A stretch of 64,000 nt of DNA, from NCBI GenBank assembly GCA_017404545.1, contig JAFRCC010000001.1:2335-66334 (forward strand), read 5' to 3'. This DNA is from Clostridia bacterium. Its GTDB lineage: Bacteria; Bacillota; Clostridia; TANB77; CAG-508. Below are positions 42,916-52,026 of the stretch, piece by piece. How positions within the stretch are numbered: the first letter of the stretch is position 1; the number at the start of each line of letters is the position of its first letter. The translations under genes were made by a program, and so were the position numbers. The notes beneath the pieces are model-generated. The model was given only the letters and a program-made list of their open reading frames with translations. It had not been told where the DNA came from and did not search any database.

Positions 42916-44652
42916 ATGAGTAAGCCACATAGTAAATTATATATAAAAACAAATTATGCTAATATTAGGGAAGTTGTAAGAGCTGGAATTGAGAAATATC
43001 CAGAGAATATAGCTTTTACTATAAAAAATAAAATTGGTAAGGATGTTGAATATAGAGATATAACATACAAAGAGCTAGAGCAAGAAATAAATAATCTTGG
43101 CTCTGGGTTGTTAAAACTTGGTATAAAGGATAAAAAGGTGGCGATAATTGGTCCAAATACATATGAATGGGCTCTATCGTATATTGCTATCTTATTTGGA
43201 GTTGGTATAGCAGTTCCACTTGATAAAGGTCTTCCAAGTCAAGAGATTGAAGATTCAATTATTAGAAGTGAAGCTGAAGTTATAATATTTGATAAAAAAT
43301 ATATTGACGAAATAAAAGCAATAAAAGTAAATAACAATTCAAAGTTAAAGAACTACATATGCATGCAAGATATTAACGAGGAAGGCATAAAAACCTTATC
43401 TGATGTTAAAGAGCTTGGAAAAATTGAACTTGAAAAAGGAAATAGAGAATTCTTTAATTTAGAAATTGATAATGAAAAAGTAAGTGTAATCATATTTACA
43501 TCCGGAACTACATCTCAATCGAAGGCTGTAATGTTGTCGCATAAAAATATTGCCTCAGATGTAAATTCTATGAACGCCGCAGAAAAATTATATAGTACAG
43601 ATGTAAATATGCAAATGCTTCCATTTCACCATACGTTTTCTTCTACGGGAATTATTTTAATGTTAAACAATGGTGTAAAAAATGTATTTTGTGATGGTTT
43701 AAGGTATATACAGAGCAATATGAAAGAATACAAAGTGTCTGTGTTTGTATGTGTTCCGCTTATACTTGAGGCAATGCATAAAAGGGTAATGACAGAGGTA
43801 AAAAAGAAAGGCAAAGAAAAAGCAATAAACTTTGCAAAAAAAATTAGCAAATTTCTGTTAAAATTTAAAATCGACATTCGAAAAAAATTATTCAAGGAAA
43901 TCTTAGATAATTTTGGTGGAAATATGAGATTTGTTGTAAGCGGAGCAGCAGCAATAGATAAAACTGTTGCAGAAGACTTTAATAGCTGGGGAATATTAAC
44001 GATTCAGGGATATGGACTAACAGAAACATCGCCAGTTGTATGCGCTGAAAATGCAAAATATATAAGATATGGATCTGTAGGTGTTCCTTTAGAAGATATT
44101 GAAATTAAAGTTGATAATCCAGATGAGAATGGAATTGGTGAGTTTATTGTAAAAGGTCCAAATGTAATGCTTGGATACTATAAAAACGAAGAGGCAACAA
44201 AGGATGTTCTTACTGATGGATGGTATCATACAGGTGATTTGGGCTACAAAGATAAGGATGGATACTTATTTATAACAGGAAGAAAAAAGAATGTTATTGT
44301 TCTAAAGAATGGAAAAAATATATTTCCAGAGGAGCTTGAGGAATTGGTTGATAAACTTCCATATGTAGCAGAATCATTAGTATTTGGATATCCAAAAGAT
44401 GATGATTTAGTTGTATCTGTAAAAATTGTGTATGATGAAAATTATGTAAAAACCTTTATGAACGGTATATCGGAAGAAGAGCTAAGGGAAAAAGCTTGGG
44501 ATGATATTAAAATAATAAATCAGGACGTTCCTAAGTACAAACATATGAAAAAGCTTATACTAACAAAAGAGCCAATGATAAAAACAACAACTGCAAAAGT
44601 AAAAAGATTTGAAGAAATAAAACAAATAGTAGATCAAAAATTATTAGATTAG
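42916..44652 (+). CDS. AMP-dependent synthetase / long-chain acyl-CoA ligase
   Basis: ORF 42886-44652. AAGGAGG precedes ATG 42916. The AMP-binding motifs are IFTSGTTSQSKAV, GYGLTE and TGDLG. Confidence 0.88.
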   Translation: MSKPHSKLYIKTNYANIREVVRAGIEKYPENIAFTIKNKIGKDVEYRDITYKELEQEINNLGSGLLKLGIKDKKVAIIGPNTYEWALSYIAILFGVGIAVPLDKGLPSQEIEDSIIRSEAEVIIFDKKYIDEIKAIKVNNNSKLKNYICMQDINEEGIKTLSDVKELGKIELEKGNREFFNLEIDNEKVSVIIFTSGTTSQSKAVMLSHKNIASDVNSMNAAEKLYSTDVNMQMLPFHHTFSSTGIILMLNNGVKNVFCDGLRYIQSNMKEYKVSVFVCVPLILEAMHKRVMTEVKKKGKEKAINFAKKISKFLLKFKIDIRKKLFKEILDNFGGNMRFVVSGAAAIDKTVAEDFNSWGILTIQGYGLTETSPVVCAENAKYIRYGSVGVPLEDIEIKVDNPDENGIGEFIVKGPNVMLGYYKNEEATKDVLTDGWYHTGDLGYKDKDGYLFITGRKKNVIVLKNGKNIFPEELEELVDKLPYVAESLVFGYPKDDDLVVSVKIVYDENYVKTFMNGISEEELREKAWDDIKIINQDVPKYKHMKKLILTKEPMIKTTTAKVKRFEEIKQIVDQKLLD

Positions 44653-44663
44653 GAGATTTTGTT

Positions 44664-45254
44664 ATGATAAAAAAAATAATAGTAGCAAGTAATAATAAAA
44701 ATAAAATAAGAGAGATAAAAGCTAAATTAGCTGGCTTAGACATTGAAGTTTTATCACAAAAAGAAGCTGGTTTTAACATAGAAGTTGAAGAGACTGGAAC
44801 AAGTTTTGAAGAAAATTCTATGCTTAAAGCAAGAGCAATATATGATTTAGCAAAAATACCTGTAATTGCTGATGATGGAGGATTAGAAGTAGATTTCCTA
44901 AACGGAAGACCAGGTGTATATTCTGCTAGATTTTGTGGTCCAGATGCAACGGATAAAGATAAATATATGAAAATATTGGAATTAATGAAAGACGTAAAAG
45001 GGGACGAACGTGCAGCAAGATTCAGATGCATAATTAGTTATATAGATGAAAATGGGGATTCACATGCTTTTGAGGGAATTTGCAATGGAAAAATTGCAAA
45101 TTCACCAATGGGCGATAATGATTTTGGATATGATCCAATTTTCTTAGTTGGAGACAAAACATTTGCACAAATTAGTCAAGAAGAAAAAAATAAAATAAGT
45201 CATAGAGGAAGAGCTATTGATAAATGGGTGGAATACCTAAAAAATATAAAATAA
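44664..45254 (+). CDS. rdgB: dITP/XTP pyrophosphatase (RdgB/HAM1 family)
   Basis: 196-aa ORF with SNNKNKIRE, DDGGLEVD, GFGYDPIF and SHRG. Confidence 0.93.
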   Translation: MIKKIIVASNNKNKIREIKAKLAGLDIEVLSQKEAGFNIEVEETGTSFEENSMLKARAIYDLAKIPVIADDGGLEVDFLNGRPGVYSARFCGPDATDKDKYMKILELMKDVKGDERAARFRCIISYIDENGDSHAFEGICNGKIANSPMGDNDFGYDPIFLVGDKTFAQISQEEKNKISHRGRAIDKWVEYLKNIK

Positions 45255-45277
45255 CAATCTATGGAGAGTGAGTACAA

Positions 45278-45688
45278 ATGATATATGAATTTGAAGTGCC
45301 AGGGAAAATAATTGGAAAAGGAAGACCAAGGTTAAATAGTTATACAGGATCAGTGTATACACCTACCAGAACAAAAGATTACGAAACATTGGTAGAGCAG
45401 TATTTTTTGCTAAAATATCCTAGATTTAAACCTTTTGAAGGTAGGGTTCAGGTTGAAATAAACGCAAATTTTGAAGTACCAAAGTCAGCAAAAAAAGCAG
45501 AAAAAGAATTAATGCTTGAAAATAAAATAAATCCTACAAAAAAACCAGATATTGATAACATTATTAAGATTATTTTAGATGCAATGAATGGAATTGCATT
45601 CAGAGATGACACCCAAATTACAAAACTACAGGTTGAAAAAATATATTCAACAAGTGAAAGTGTAAAAATAAAAATAAGTGAGTATTAA
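45278..45688 (+). CDS. rusA: RusA-family crossover junction endodeoxyribonuclease
   Basis: 136-aa ORF with GKGRPR, the PDIDNIIKIILDAMNG and FRDDTQI motifs of RusA. Confidence 0.8.
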   Translation: MIYEFEVPGKIIGKGRPRLNSYTGSVYTPTRTKDYETLVEQYFLLKYPRFKPFEGRVQVEINANFEVPKSAKKAEKELMLENKINPTKKPDIDNIIKIILDAMNGIAFRDDTQITKLQVEKIYSTSESVKIKISEY

Positions 45689-45694
45689 TGTAAA

Positions 45695-45721
45695 AAGACA
45701 TGCGTGGCATGTCTTTTATTT
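45695..45721 (+). terminator. intrinsic terminator
   Basis: AAGACATGC-GTG-GCATGTCTT followed by TTATTT. Confidence 0.85.
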
Positions 45722-45811
45722 GTGTCGGGTAATGGCGAAATATACAACTTAAAATTTGTAATATCTTTTTCATTTATGAATACTATTATAATGAAATGAA
45801 AGAGGTGTGCA

Positions 45812-46075
45812 GTGAGTAAATTTAAGTTTATTTTTTTATTAATAGGTTTTATTATTTTAATTCAGTGCGTAGTACATACCAGTAGCATTGAAAAACCATA
45901 TGTGAGCTCTATTTTTGGACAAACAGATAATGTATTAGATGTGAAAGCAGATAAAAATGTATATATAAAAAACCTTTATTCCGGTTCAATAAATATAATT
46001 GAAAAATATTTAACGATCTATATGATTTTATTTATTTTTAGTTATTATATAAGAAGCACGTGTATCAGAATATAA
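45812..46075 (+). CDS. hypothetical small membrane protein
   Basis: 87-aa ORF with a GTG start after GAGGTG. It has hydrophobic N- and C-termini. No family recognised. Confidence 0.4.
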   Translation: MSKFKFIFLLIGFIILIQCVVHTSSIEKPYVSSIFGQTDNVLDVKADKNVYIKNLYSGSINIIEKYLTIYMILFIFSYYIRSTCIRI

Positions 46076-46151
46076 TTGGGACTAGTTTATGAAAATATAT
46101 TATGATAGAATTTATGCAATACTAAAATATAAGTTAAAGAAGGAATATAAA

Positions 46152-46905
46152 ATGGAGAGTAAAAGAATTAAAAATATACCAATCAAATTAAGTTTTTTAT
46201 ATCAGTTTTGTTATTTGTTATGCCATCAATAATATTTTTTATAAAAAATGGAACTACATATGTTAGTAGTAATTTGGAATACAAATTTATACTACGAGAT
46301 GATATAGACAATAAAATACATATGATTGCATATCTAGTGGTTATAGCCTTAATAATTGTTTTATATACAGTAATTTTAAAAAAGAGACGAGAGCTTTTTA
46401 AAAGCATAAAAGATGTATATAAATTTATTATCGTAATTTCACTTTTATGTGTAGTAGGACTACCTTTTATGAGCTCTGATGTTTATTATTATTTAGGAAT
46501 TGGTAGGCTCTCATCTAAATACAAGCAGAATCCGTATTACATAGATATGAAAAGCTATATAGATAATAACGATATTGATATCGATAATGATTCTGTAATG
46601 GAAATAGGATATAAGAATTATTGAGCAGGTACAACTGTTGTGTATGGAGCTCTAGAGATATAAATGTGTTTAATGGAATTGCTGCTCAGCAAGGTAGATA
46701 TGCAAAAGGATTGTACTGTTATATTATGGTGGTATTCCCACAATATGTACATACTATAACTTATGTAAGAGCTGTTAGCTCATATTGTTTCGCTCTATTG
46801 TACTTTTCATTTTGTGTGAAATTATTAATTAACGAAAATATAAAATGGTACATGGAAGTAAGAAAAATATATATGCTAAACAATTCTTTGAAGTATTCAT
46901 AGTAT
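46152..46905 (+). pseudogene. decayed multi-pass membrane protein gene (frameshift plus premature stops)
   Basis: ATG 46152 (MESKRIKNIPIKLSF) shifts frame in the T6 run 46193-46198 into ORF 46208-46624. An in-frame TGA at 46622 sits where ..GYKNY-W-AGTTVVYGAL.. would need Trp. A second stop follows 13 codons later, and downstream frames are fragmented. Confidence 0.55.
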
Positions 46906-46975
46906 CAACATGGATTTGTATGATTTTTAATATATCAAAAAGAATACGTAGATTTAAAAGAGCAGAGATAAAAAA

Positions 46976-47004
46976 TTGACAATAATATACATTTATGTTA
47001 ACAT
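46976..47004 (+). promoter_or_regulatory. sigma-A type promoter preceding a long leader
   Basis: TTGACA (46976-46981), 17-nt spacer, TGtTAACAT (46999-47004). Confidence 0.5.
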
Positions 47005-47195
47005 GTTAATGTAGCATTTCAATTCGTCCATTCGCGTGATGTTACCTAAGGAATTATAATAAAGAATGTTATTGAATCTTTCTTTATGAATGGCAAAAAT
47101 TTAAACCATAGCAAAATTATGGTTGTTTTTGCTGTTGATAGAAGGGAGGTTCTTTTTGTTTATATACAACCAAATAAAATTAAAGGAGAATAAAA

Positions 47196-47951
47196 ATGAA
47201 AAAAGATGAATTAGAGTTTTATGAAAATGTTGGAGATTGGGATTTCTCAATGATAAAGTATGATGAAGAAATATTAACAGATTGGAACTTTTACGAGAAA
47301 ATAGCTGAGAACGCAGATGAAAAATCACTATGTCTTGATCTAGGATGTGGTGGAGGAGAGAATGTATTAAAAAGATATCCAGAAGTGGGAATGGTGATTG
47401 CAACAGATTTTTCTCCAGAAATGGTCAAGACTGCAAATGAAAACTTAAAAGATTATCCAGAGAGAAGAGCAAAATTTCTTGTAATGGACAATTTAAAGAT
47501 GACATTTCCAAGTGAAATGTTTGACTTAGTATCTGCAAGACACACTATAATTGACAGCTACCAAATACGAGAGTGTTTAAAAGAAGGAGGAACAGTTGTA
47601 ATACGCGGTGTTGACAAGGGAGATTGTTCTGAATTAAAGCAGATATTTGGACGTGGTCAAGGTCAATACGATGAAATAGCAATTTCTGACTTAGATTATG
47701 CGAATTTAAAAGAGGCTGGATTCAAAAATGTTGAAAAAGTAGAAATACTAATAAACGAGTACTACAAGACAGAGCAAGATTTAATGGCATTATTATTAAA
47801 AACTCCAATACTTGAAAGAGAAAATGAAAGTGGGAAAATGGAAATGCCTCTAATTGAAAAGGATTTATTTGATGAGTATGTAAGAAAATTTAGATCTGAG
47901 AGAGGAATTCTTTTGAAAAGAAAATATTATGGAATAATTGCAAAAAAATAA
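47196..47951 (+). CDS. class I SAM-dependent methyltransferase
   Basis: 251-aa ORF with SAM motif I CLDLGCGGGEN. Confidence 0.85.
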   Translation: MKKDELEFYENVGDWDFSMIKYDEEILTDWNFYEKIAENADEKSLCLDLGCGGGENVLKRYPEVGMVIATDFSPEMVKTANENLKDYPERRAKFLVMDNLKMTFPSEMFDLVSARHTIIDSYQIRECLKEGGTVVIRGVDKGDCSELKQIFGRGQGQYDEIAISDLDYANLKEAGFKNVEKVEILINEYYKTEQDLMALLLKTPILERENESGKMEMPLIEKDLFDEYVRKFRSERGILLKRKYYGIIAKK

Positions 47952-48008
47952 TATAGTTATGGTATAATACAGACGAAAAGAAATAAGAAGTTTATCAGGA
48001 GGGCTAAT

Positions 48009-48548
48009 ATGGAATACTTTGATGTTTTAAATGAACTTGGAGAATTTACGGGAAGAATTGAAAGTAGGGACGTATGCCACAATGAAGGTCTATGGCATAG
48101 AGCTGTATATGGTTTCATTATAAATAAAAATGGAGATGTTTTGCTTCAAAAACGAAGTAAATCTAAAAAGTTATGGCCTAATTTATGGGATATTACAGCA
48201 GGAGGTCATGTACTTGCTGGTGAGTTTGGTGAGCAAGCACTAATTCGCGAAGTTGGAGAGGAGCTTGGAATAGATGTTAAACCAGATGAAGTAAGATATC
48301 TAGTCGGATCGACATCAATAAATGAAAAAGGAAGTACCATTAATAAACATTTTAACGAATGCTATTTAATAAAAAAAGATATTAATATAAAAGATATTAC
48401 ATTACAAACAGATGAGGTATCTGATATTAGATGGTTTTCAAAGGAAGAAATATTAAAACGTATAAATAACAATTACGATGGTATAACAGATAAAACTGGA
48501 CCATGGAATTTTCTAAAAAAATATTATGAGTATTTAGATAAAAAATAA
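48009..48548 (+). CDS. NUDIX hydrolase
   Basis: 179-aa ORF with the Nudix box GGHVLAGEFGEQALIREVGEELGI. Confidence 0.88.
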   Translation: MEYFDVLNELGEFTGRIESRDVCHNEGLWHRAVYGFIINKNGDVLLQKRSKSKKLWPNLWDITAGGHVLAGEFGEQALIREVGEELGIDVKPDEVRYLVGSTSINEKGSTINKHFNECYLIKKDINIKDITLQTDEVSDIRWFSKEEILKRINNNYDGITDKTGPWNFLKKYYEYLDKK

Positions 48549-48552
48549 TAAC

Positions 48553-48586
48553 GGGGACGGAGCAAATAATTTCTTCCTCCGTCCCC
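48553..48586. repeat. palindromic GGGGACGGAG element (10-bp GC-rich hairpin)
   Basis: GGGGACGGAG (48553-48562) pairs with CTCCGTCCCC (48577-48586). The left half plus loop repeats the 19-mer at 34171-34189. Confidence 0.65.
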
Positions 48587-48606
48587 AAAATTAAGGAGGA
48601 TTTTTT

Positions 48607-49008
48607 ATGCAAGAAAAGAAAGTATTATGGAATGATAGAAAGAGGATTATATTTGGATTGCCTTGGACATTCACAAAATATAAATTAACCGAGGAAAAAT
48701 TAATAATCCAAACAGGATTTTTTAACATTAAACAAGAAGAAATTAGATTATATAGAATAATGGATATAACACTAAACAGAAAATTCGGACAAAGAATATT
48801 TGGGCTGGGAACAATCCATTGTTGCTCTGCTGATAAAAGTACTCCAGAATTTGATATAAAAAACATTAAAAAGTCTGAAGCAGTAAAAGAGCTTTTATCA
48901 GATAAAGTTGAGCAAGAGCGTCAAAGAAAAAGAGTTTCAAGTAGAGAATATATGCATGCAGACGATGATAATGATGATATTGGTGACGACGATTTACATA
49001 ACGACTAG
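48607..49008 (+). CDS. bacterial PH domain (bPH_2 / YdbS-like) protein with an acidic tail
   Basis: 133-aa ORF. YKLTEEKLIIQTGFFNIKQEEIRLYRIMDI matches the bPH_2 pattern. Confidence 0.75.
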   Translation: MQEKKVLWNDRKRIIFGLPWTFTKYKLTEEKLIIQTGFFNIKQEEIRLYRIMDITLNRKFGQRIFGLGTIHCCSADKSTPEFDIKNIKKSEAVKELLSDKVEQERQRKRVSSREYMHADDDNDDIGDDDLHND

Positions 49009-49021
49009 TTTGTGATATAAT
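48993..49021 (+). promoter_or_regulatory. promoter for the ABC-F leader
   Basis: TTTACA (48993-48998), 17-nt spacer, TGaTATAAT (TATAAT at 49016-49021). Confidence 0.5.
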
Positions 49022-49049
49022 TAGCAAAATTAATTTAAGGAGAAAAGAA

Positions 49050-49124
49050 ATGAATAGAAAATTTGATTTGAAAGGAAAAGTAAAACATAGGGGCTTCGGC
49101 TGCCAAGCTATTACAGCGAGATAA
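49050..49124 (+). CDS. putative regulatory leader peptide (24 aa) upstream of the ABC-F gene
   Basis: AAGGAG lies 6 nt before ATG 49050. The product is MNRKFDLKGKVKHRGFGCQAITAR. The stop is embedded in the left arm of the downstream hairpin. Confidence 0.5.
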   Translation: MNRKFDLKGKVKHRGFGCQAITAR

Positions 49125-49176
49125 CGCTATATAGGTTGTAATAGTTTATATTTAGTATATAGCGGTTATATCTCGC
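49116..49176 (+). promoter_or_regulatory. attenuator stem-loop with an alternative pairing
   Basis: GCGAGATAACGCTATATA pairs with TATATAGCGGTTATATCTCGC (bulged). A competing pairing is CTATTACA (49108-49115) with TGTAATAG (49137-49144). Confidence 0.55.
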
Positions 49177-49212
49177 TTATTAGACAGATTTTAGTAATGA
49201 TAAGGAGATATA

Positions 49213-50778
49213 ATGATGATAGAATTAGATATAAAAGATTTAGTAAAAAATTATGGAATTAAGAATATATTAGATGGATTAACCTTTGAAGTTAAAACAG
49301 GAGAAAGAGTAGCTCTTATAGGTCAGAATGGCTGTGGTAAATCTACAGTACTCAGCATTATTAATGGAGATGAGACTTTAGATAGTGGTAGAGTTAATAT
49401 AAGAAATGGTGCTAGCATGAAAATGTTAAAGCAAATATATGAGAAAAGACCGGTTAACTGTACAGTTAATGAGTTTTTAATGGAAAACTTTAGCAAATGT
49501 TTTGAACTTGAAGAAAAACTTAAAATCATTGAAAATCAAATGGCAATAGAAACAGATAATAGTATACTTGAAAAGCTTATGAATAAGTATGGAAGAATTC
49601 AAGACGAGTATATTTTAAATGGTGGATACGATATCCGAGAAAAGTATAAGAAAATATGCTCTGGATTTAATTTTTGTGAGCAATTCTTAAATAGTATGTA
49701 TAATAATCTAAGTGGTGGAGAAAGAACAAAGGTAAATCTTGCAAAGATACTTATGAGTGAACCAGATATATTATTACTAGACGAACCAACTAATCACTTA
49801 GATGTGGAAACTCTTGAATGGCTGGAAGGATTACTTTCTTCATATAGTGGTACAATTCTTGTTGTATCGCATGATAGGTATTTCTTGGATAAAATAGCGA
49901 CAAAAACAGTTTTAATTGAACAAGGGAAATCTAAAATATACAATGGAAATTATTCTTATTTTCTGGAAGAAGATGAAAGAAGAACACTTGCTGAATTTGA
50001 AAATTATAAAAATCAGCAAAAACAAATTCAAAAGATGAAAGAGTCAATAAAGACTTTAAGAAAATTTGGTGATATTGCTAAAAACGAAATGTTCTACAAA
50101 AGGGCGAAAAGTATCGAAAAAAGATTAGAAAAGATGGAAGTACTTGATAAAGTAACTCTTGATAAAAAGTCAAGTAATATTAACTTAGTTGCAGGAGATA
50201 GATCTGCAAATGATGTAATAAAAGTAAATCATTTATATAAAAGTTTTGGAGATAAAGCTCTTTTTAATGATTTCAATATGAATGTGTATAGAAAAGAAAG
50301 AGTATGTATTACTGGAAAAAACGGTTCTGGGAAAAGTACTCTAATCAAAATGATAATTGGTGAACAATTAGACTACAAGGGTAATATCATGTTGGGATCT
50401 AATACTAAAATTGGATATATTTCTCAAGATTTAAATTTTAAAAATAATGATGAAACGATTCTAGAGTATATGCTAAATAATACAAACATGGGAGAAACAG
50501 AAACAAGAACATATCTTGCTAAGTTTTCTTTCTATGGAGAGAATGTATTTAAGAAAATTCGAGAGCTTTCTGGTGGTGAAAAAGTTAGATTAATACTTTC
50601 TAAATTGATGCAGAAAAACATTAATCTATTAATTCTGGATGAGCCAACAAATCATTTAGATATAGCTTCAAGAGAAGCTTTAGAAGAGAGTTTAATTAAT
50701 TTTGATGGAACAATTTTATTTGTATCTCATGATAGATACTTCATAAAAAAAATAGCAAATCGAATGATAAATATTTGA
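49213..50778 (+). CDS. ABC-F family ATPase (two NBDs, no TM domain); possible ribosomal protection type
   Basis: 521-aa ORF with two Walker A motifs (GQNGCGKST, GKNGSGKST), two signatures (LSGGERTK, LSGGEKVR) and a charged inter-domain linker. Confidence 0.92.
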   Translation: MMIELDIKDLVKNYGIKNILDGLTFEVKTGERVALIGQNGCGKSTVLSIINGDETLDSGRVNIRNGASMKMLKQIYEKRPVNCTVNEFLMENFSKCFELEEKLKIIENQMAIETDNSILEKLMNKYGRIQDEYILNGGYDIREKYKKICSGFNFCEQFLNSMYNNLSGGERTKVNLAKILMSEPDILLLDEPTNHLDVETLEWLEGLLSSYSGTILVVSHDRYFLDKIATKTVLIEQGKSKIYNGNYSYFLEEDERRTLAEFENYKNQQKQIQKMKESIKTLRKFGDIAKNEMFYKRAKSIEKRLEKMEVLDKVTLDKKSSNINLVAGDRSANDVIKVNHLYKSFGDKALFNDFNMNVYRKERVCITGKNGSGKSTLIKMIIGEQLDYKGNIMLGSNTKIGYISQDLNFKNNDETILEYMLNNTNMGETETRTYLAKFSFYGENVFKKIRELSGGEKVRLILSKLMQKNINLLILDEPTNHLDIASREALEESLINFDGTILFVSHDRYFIKKIANRMINI

Positions 50779-50789
50779 GGTGGAAATAT

Positions 50790-51890
50790 ATGAAAGATGA
50801 TGTATTAACAAGAATTAGAAAGTCTATAGAAGAAAGTAGTAATGAGACAAACGAAAAATATACAAAAGAAGAAATTGATAAAGCAGTACAGGTTATTACT
50901 GATTTTATTACCAAACTTAGAGGAATGACTGTAGAGGAGAATGGAACAAGAAGGGGCTTGAATGAGCTTGAAAAATTCTTAGTAATAAATGAATTTGTAA
51001 CTGATAGGGTTTATGAAGATAATAAAAAAGGTGAAAGATTAACTTCACATAATATCATAGGCGTATGTAACACTGGAAAAGCAGTTTGTGAAGGTTTCTG
51101 TAATTTGATGCATTTGTTATGTAGCATTGAAGGGATAACAATATGGCATAAAGAATGTGAAGCAGAAAATAAGAAGTCTGGTAAAACAAGTCATCATGGT
51201 AATATAGAGGTTTGTATCCACGACAAAGGAGGAAAAATTCACTGTTTGCATGTTGATCCAACAATAGATTGTTTAGATGGAAAGGATGTACTAACGTATA
51301 ACGCAACTTTAATTCCTGACAGTAACATCAACAAGTATAGAGCTATTCAGAGGTATACTATTTGCAATGCTATATGGCTAGATTTATTTAATGGAGTAAC
51401 TCCTGGGCGATTTGAAGAATTAATAAAACCAACAGCAGTGGAACTGATTAGTGCAGAAATATATGGACATGCATATGAGGATGTAGAACATGAAAAAATC
51501 AAAACATATGTTCAACAATTAATCGATATGGCAGAAGCATTGGGAATAAGTGTAAATGAGGAAATAAAAAGTATTGAACAAGCTGTAGAAGTATATACAA
51601 CTATTTGTGCAGCATACAAAGAATCAAGGAAACCAATTGGTAATAGGGAGTTGTTAGAGGCACTTATTAATGTTGAAACAGCATATTTAGAGCAAGATGG
51701 ACGTATTCCCGCTGAAAAGATAAAAGAGCTAAGTAGAAAAAAGATAAAAGAACGTATAGAAAAATCAGTTGAGTTGCAGAATAATGGTGATTGGGATAAA
51801 GATGCTAACGAATCATTTATTGTTGATATTGCAAATGGAAAATTTGACTACAAGCAGCAGTTGCAAAACGAATACAATATAGACAGATAA
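50790..51890 (+). CDS. hypothetical protein with a possible transglutaminase-like Cys-His-Asp core
   Basis: ORF 50775-51890. GAGGTGG precedes ATG 50790. GKAVCEGFCNLMHLLC ... HHGNIEV ... HVDPT loosely resembles transglutaminase-like cysteine peptidase cores. Confidence 0.55.
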   Translation: MKDDVLTRIRKSIEESSNETNEKYTKEEIDKAVQVITDFITKLRGMTVEENGTRRGLNELEKFLVINEFVTDRVYEDNKKGERLTSHNIIGVCNTGKAVCEGFCNLMHLLCSIEGITIWHKECEAENKKSGKTSHHGNIEVCIHDKGGKIHCLHVDPTIDCLDGKDVLTYNATLIPDSNINKYRAIQRYTICNAIWLDLFNGVTPGRFEELIKPTAVELISAEIYGHAYEDVEHEKIKTYVQQLIDMAEALGISVNEEIKSIEQAVEVYTTICAAYKESRKPIGNRELLEALINVETAYLEQDGRIPAEKIKELSRKKIKERIEKSVELQNNGDWDKDANESFIVDIANGKFDYKQQLQNEYNIDR

Positions 51891-51901
51891 GTAAAGCAAA
51901 G

Positions 51902-51933
51902 GAAGCATTACGAAAAGTATTGCTTCTTTTTTT
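51902..51933 (+). terminator. intrinsic terminator
   Basis: Stem GAAGCATTAC / GTATTGCTTC (one mismatch) followed by T7. Confidence 0.8.
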
Positions 51934-52026
51934 ATCGTATAATGCAAAATTAGTAAGGCAATATACTAGCAATATAAAATAATATGTGATATACTAACAT
52001 GAATTTCATCCAGAAAGGGAGTGAAG

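Noticed and set aside
46622-46624. The in-frame TGA, considered as a sign of a TGA=Trp genetic code.
   Set aside because: TGA clearly terminates several well-supported genes in the window (for example upp at 20262-20264, dfx at 52679-52681 and the ABC-F at 50776-50778). Standard code 11 applies, and this TGA is a nonsense lesion.
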